A stretch of DNA of 64,000 nucleotides. Source: Mitosporidium daphniae (lineage: Eukaryota). Below the pieces are notes generated by a model. It saw only the letters and a list, made by a program, of their open reading frames with translations. It made no database searches and had not been told where the DNA came from. The stretch lies in NCBI RefSeq assembly GCF_000760515.2, contig NW_013546711.1, positions 1-64,000 of the forward strand, read 5' to 3'. Made by a program: the position numbers and the translations under genes. Positions 62,050 through 64,000 of this stretch are shown in pieces. The number at the start of each line of letters is the position of its first letter. Position 1 is the first letter of the stretch.

Positions 62050-64000
62050 ATGCGAAGGCTTATTTTCGGAAGATGCTTTTCCTCGTTGCTATCGGCCAAT
62101 TTTTTTAATTCTGTAAATCCTGTTGAAGCCGCATGTGCACTGAAAAATGGGATTGAGGCGCGATTGGCAATTTCCCACTTGCTCTCAATGAACTACGTAA
62201 GCACTACGGAAGAAATCCGGCTTATTTTAAACCGGCTAACTGCAATCTTTCCCTCTGGACTCATGGTATCGATTTTGCATCGTCTAAGCAGATACATATA
62301 TTTAAAGGCCTTTTCACCGACAAAAACATTGGCCGACGAATGCATGGCTTGCCCCAACACTAAATTGGCATTTTTCCTTGCCTATTTGCATTCAAACAAT
62401 AGCTATGAAAAGCACCTAATTCTTTATCAAATGCTTGCAGAGCTTGATACGCCAGGGATGAAACACAAGCTAAATCCGTATCTTAAGACATTTCCCGGCG
62501 AAATGCTCTTGAATCCAAAAAAATACCATTGGCCTCCTTCTTTCTTTTGTAGCTTCTTTTTTTCTTTCTCCAAATACCGGGTTAAAATAGGATCGGAAAT
62601 ACCGACGCTTGCCGATATCATTATACGGTCTGAGAGGGCATTTAATATTTCATTGCCTGCTGAATGCTATCGATGGGCCATTGTGCAGTCGTCATCTTCA
62701 AGAGACCGCGAGGCGATGATTGGAGTGTATGCCAGGGCGAAATCTAAATTTCTTTATAGCGATGATCCACACATCAAAGCACTGCTCGAAACAATTACGC
62801 GGCATTTTGCTCTCGAAAGGGACATTGGTGTTTTGCAGCTTTTTTATGACGAGGTCAGTGAATGTGGCGTGGACGAACGATCGTCTACTTTTATTTCATC
62901 GATGATAATCTCATTGGTTGGCGTCTTTTGCAGGATGCTTCTTTTCCCCCAGCTGCTTGGGATCTTGTTGTCACTGAAGGCGCACAAGTCTGCTGTATTG
63001 AAAGAGGCCCTTTTCGTGGTTGCCGACAATTTTGGATGTTGGAAGCTGTACCATAGAAATATTGACTTTGTACTTTTCCTGTTATCTTTATGCGGCGATG
63101 CATTCAGATCCGATTTTATTATCAGGCTCCCAATGCGGTCGCTGGTTGGCATTTCCGACTGGAATATAATTCCCTTGCTTCAGGATCTTTATTCCCAAAG
63201 CGATGAACTGTTCATTGACAAGAAATTTGCCAACAACGTGATAGAGGCTGCCTTTTTCAACCCATCAACTGTGCGTAGGCTCTTTCCACGCATCTTTGAC
63301 ATTGGCCTTAGCAAATTGATAATAAGGACAAAATTGCTACTTTTGCCTTCATCGTCATCTTCCTCCTCATTTTGTAAATACTACTGGAACTTTATTTATG
63401 AAGCAACTAGGAATTCTCTGCTTTTACCTATCTTTTATTACTATCACTTTTCATGGGGCCATGGGCAAGACGATCTTAGCGTCGGAATGATCCTCTCGCT
63501 TTTCAAGTGTGTCCCCCTGCTGGATGGCCGTTCTCGGGTAAATGAGGCTCTGTTGCAGCTATTTTTAGGCTTGGGCGAAGACCAGCGTTTGTTCAAATCT
63601 CCGTGGACCTCGCCACGGCTGTTCCCAATTGCCGCATCAGTTCTTATCTTAGATCACAGGTGGAGTCTCTTGGCTGTTTTCTTTGAATCAATTTTATCGA
63701 TCAGAGCACTAAATTCATCCACCTTTTCCATAATAGACGTTCATGCTGGGATGAAAAGCTCACACCATCCTAATCCAAAATCGAGCATTTTGACCAATGA
63801 GAGCAATCGGTGCATTTGGTCGATATTTAGGCTACACGCGGACGATATTTTGTCGACATGCTTCTCATCGCCAATGAAATTGTTGCCCGAATCGATGAGC
63901 ATTGTGGATGCCCTTTCCAATAGCCTTGAGGGCACTCCCGAGAAGTACCTTTCCGAAATAAGAATGTGGTGCTCAGAAAGGCACATCTCTCGCATTGGAG
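62050..64000 (+). CDS. Long hypothetical protein (>650 aa, runs off the window end), possible mitochondrial presequence
   Basis: Manual translation from ATG 62050 (MRRLIFGRCFSSLLSANFF...) is open to 64000. Absent from the ORF track because there is no stop in the window. Confidence 0.75.
   Translation, partial: MRRLIFGRCFSSLLSANFFNSVNPVEAACALKNGIEARLAISHLLSMNYVSTTEEIRLILNRLTAIFPSGLMVSILHRLSRYIYLKAFSPTKTLADECMACPNTKLAFFLAYLHSNNSYEKHLILYQMLAELDTPGMKHKLNPYLKTFPGEMLLNPKKYHWPPSFFCSFFFSFSKYRVKIGSEIPTLADIIIRSERAFNISLPAECYRWAIVQSSSSRDREAMIGVYARAKSKFLYSDDPHIKALLETITRHFALERDIGVLQLFYDEVSECGVDERSSTFISSMIISLVGVFCRMLLFPQLLGILLSLKAHKSAVLKEALFVVADNFGCWKLYHRNIDFVLFLLSLCGDAFRSDFIIRLPMRSLVGISDWNIIPLLQDLYSQSDELFIDKKFANNVIEAAFFNPSTVRRLFPRIFDIGLSKLIIRTKLLLLPSSSSSSSFCKYYWNFIYEATRNSLLLPIFYYYHFSWGHGQDDLSVGMILSLFKCVPLLDGRSRVNEALLQLFLGLGEDQRLFKSPWTSPRLFPIAASVLILDHRWSLLAVFFESILSIRALNSSTFSIIDVHAGMKSSHHPNPKSSILTNESNRCIWSIFRLHADDILSTCFSSPMKLLPESMSIVDALSNSLEGTPEKYLSEIRMWCSERHISRIG

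Overview
A gene-dense eukaryotic nuclear region with about 45 protein-coding genes. Intergenic gaps are often under 100 bp and most spliceosomal introns are tiny (23-40 nt). Fungal hallmarks (Zn2Cys6 ERT1-like factor, CBM18-chitin deacetylase, PRM1-like protein) sit alongside genes for a translating, respiring mitochondrion (S13, YbeY, EngB, TilS, MIA40, SCS-beta, ACADSB, ATM1, ISD11, SOD2, FIS1). This points to an early-diverging Rozellomycota/early-microsporidian-type genome (Mitosporidium/Paramicrosporidium-like; inference only). The most striking signal is an identical 26-nt element downstream of both histone H3 and H4. It forms a hairpin closely resembling the metazoan histone mRNA 3' stem-loop, a system generally considered absent from fungi. 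Also notable: a 69% GC structured ncRNA candidate ending in T6 (12274-12420), recurrent telomere-repeat-like promoter boxes, several domain-trimmed ribosome-related proteins (S13, Sdo1/SBDS, Urb1), a type III glutamine synthetase, a GC-AG intron, an apparent lesion in BST1, and a long + strand ORF running off the right end that the ORF track missed. Gene identities come from recognising motifs by eye, not from database searches.
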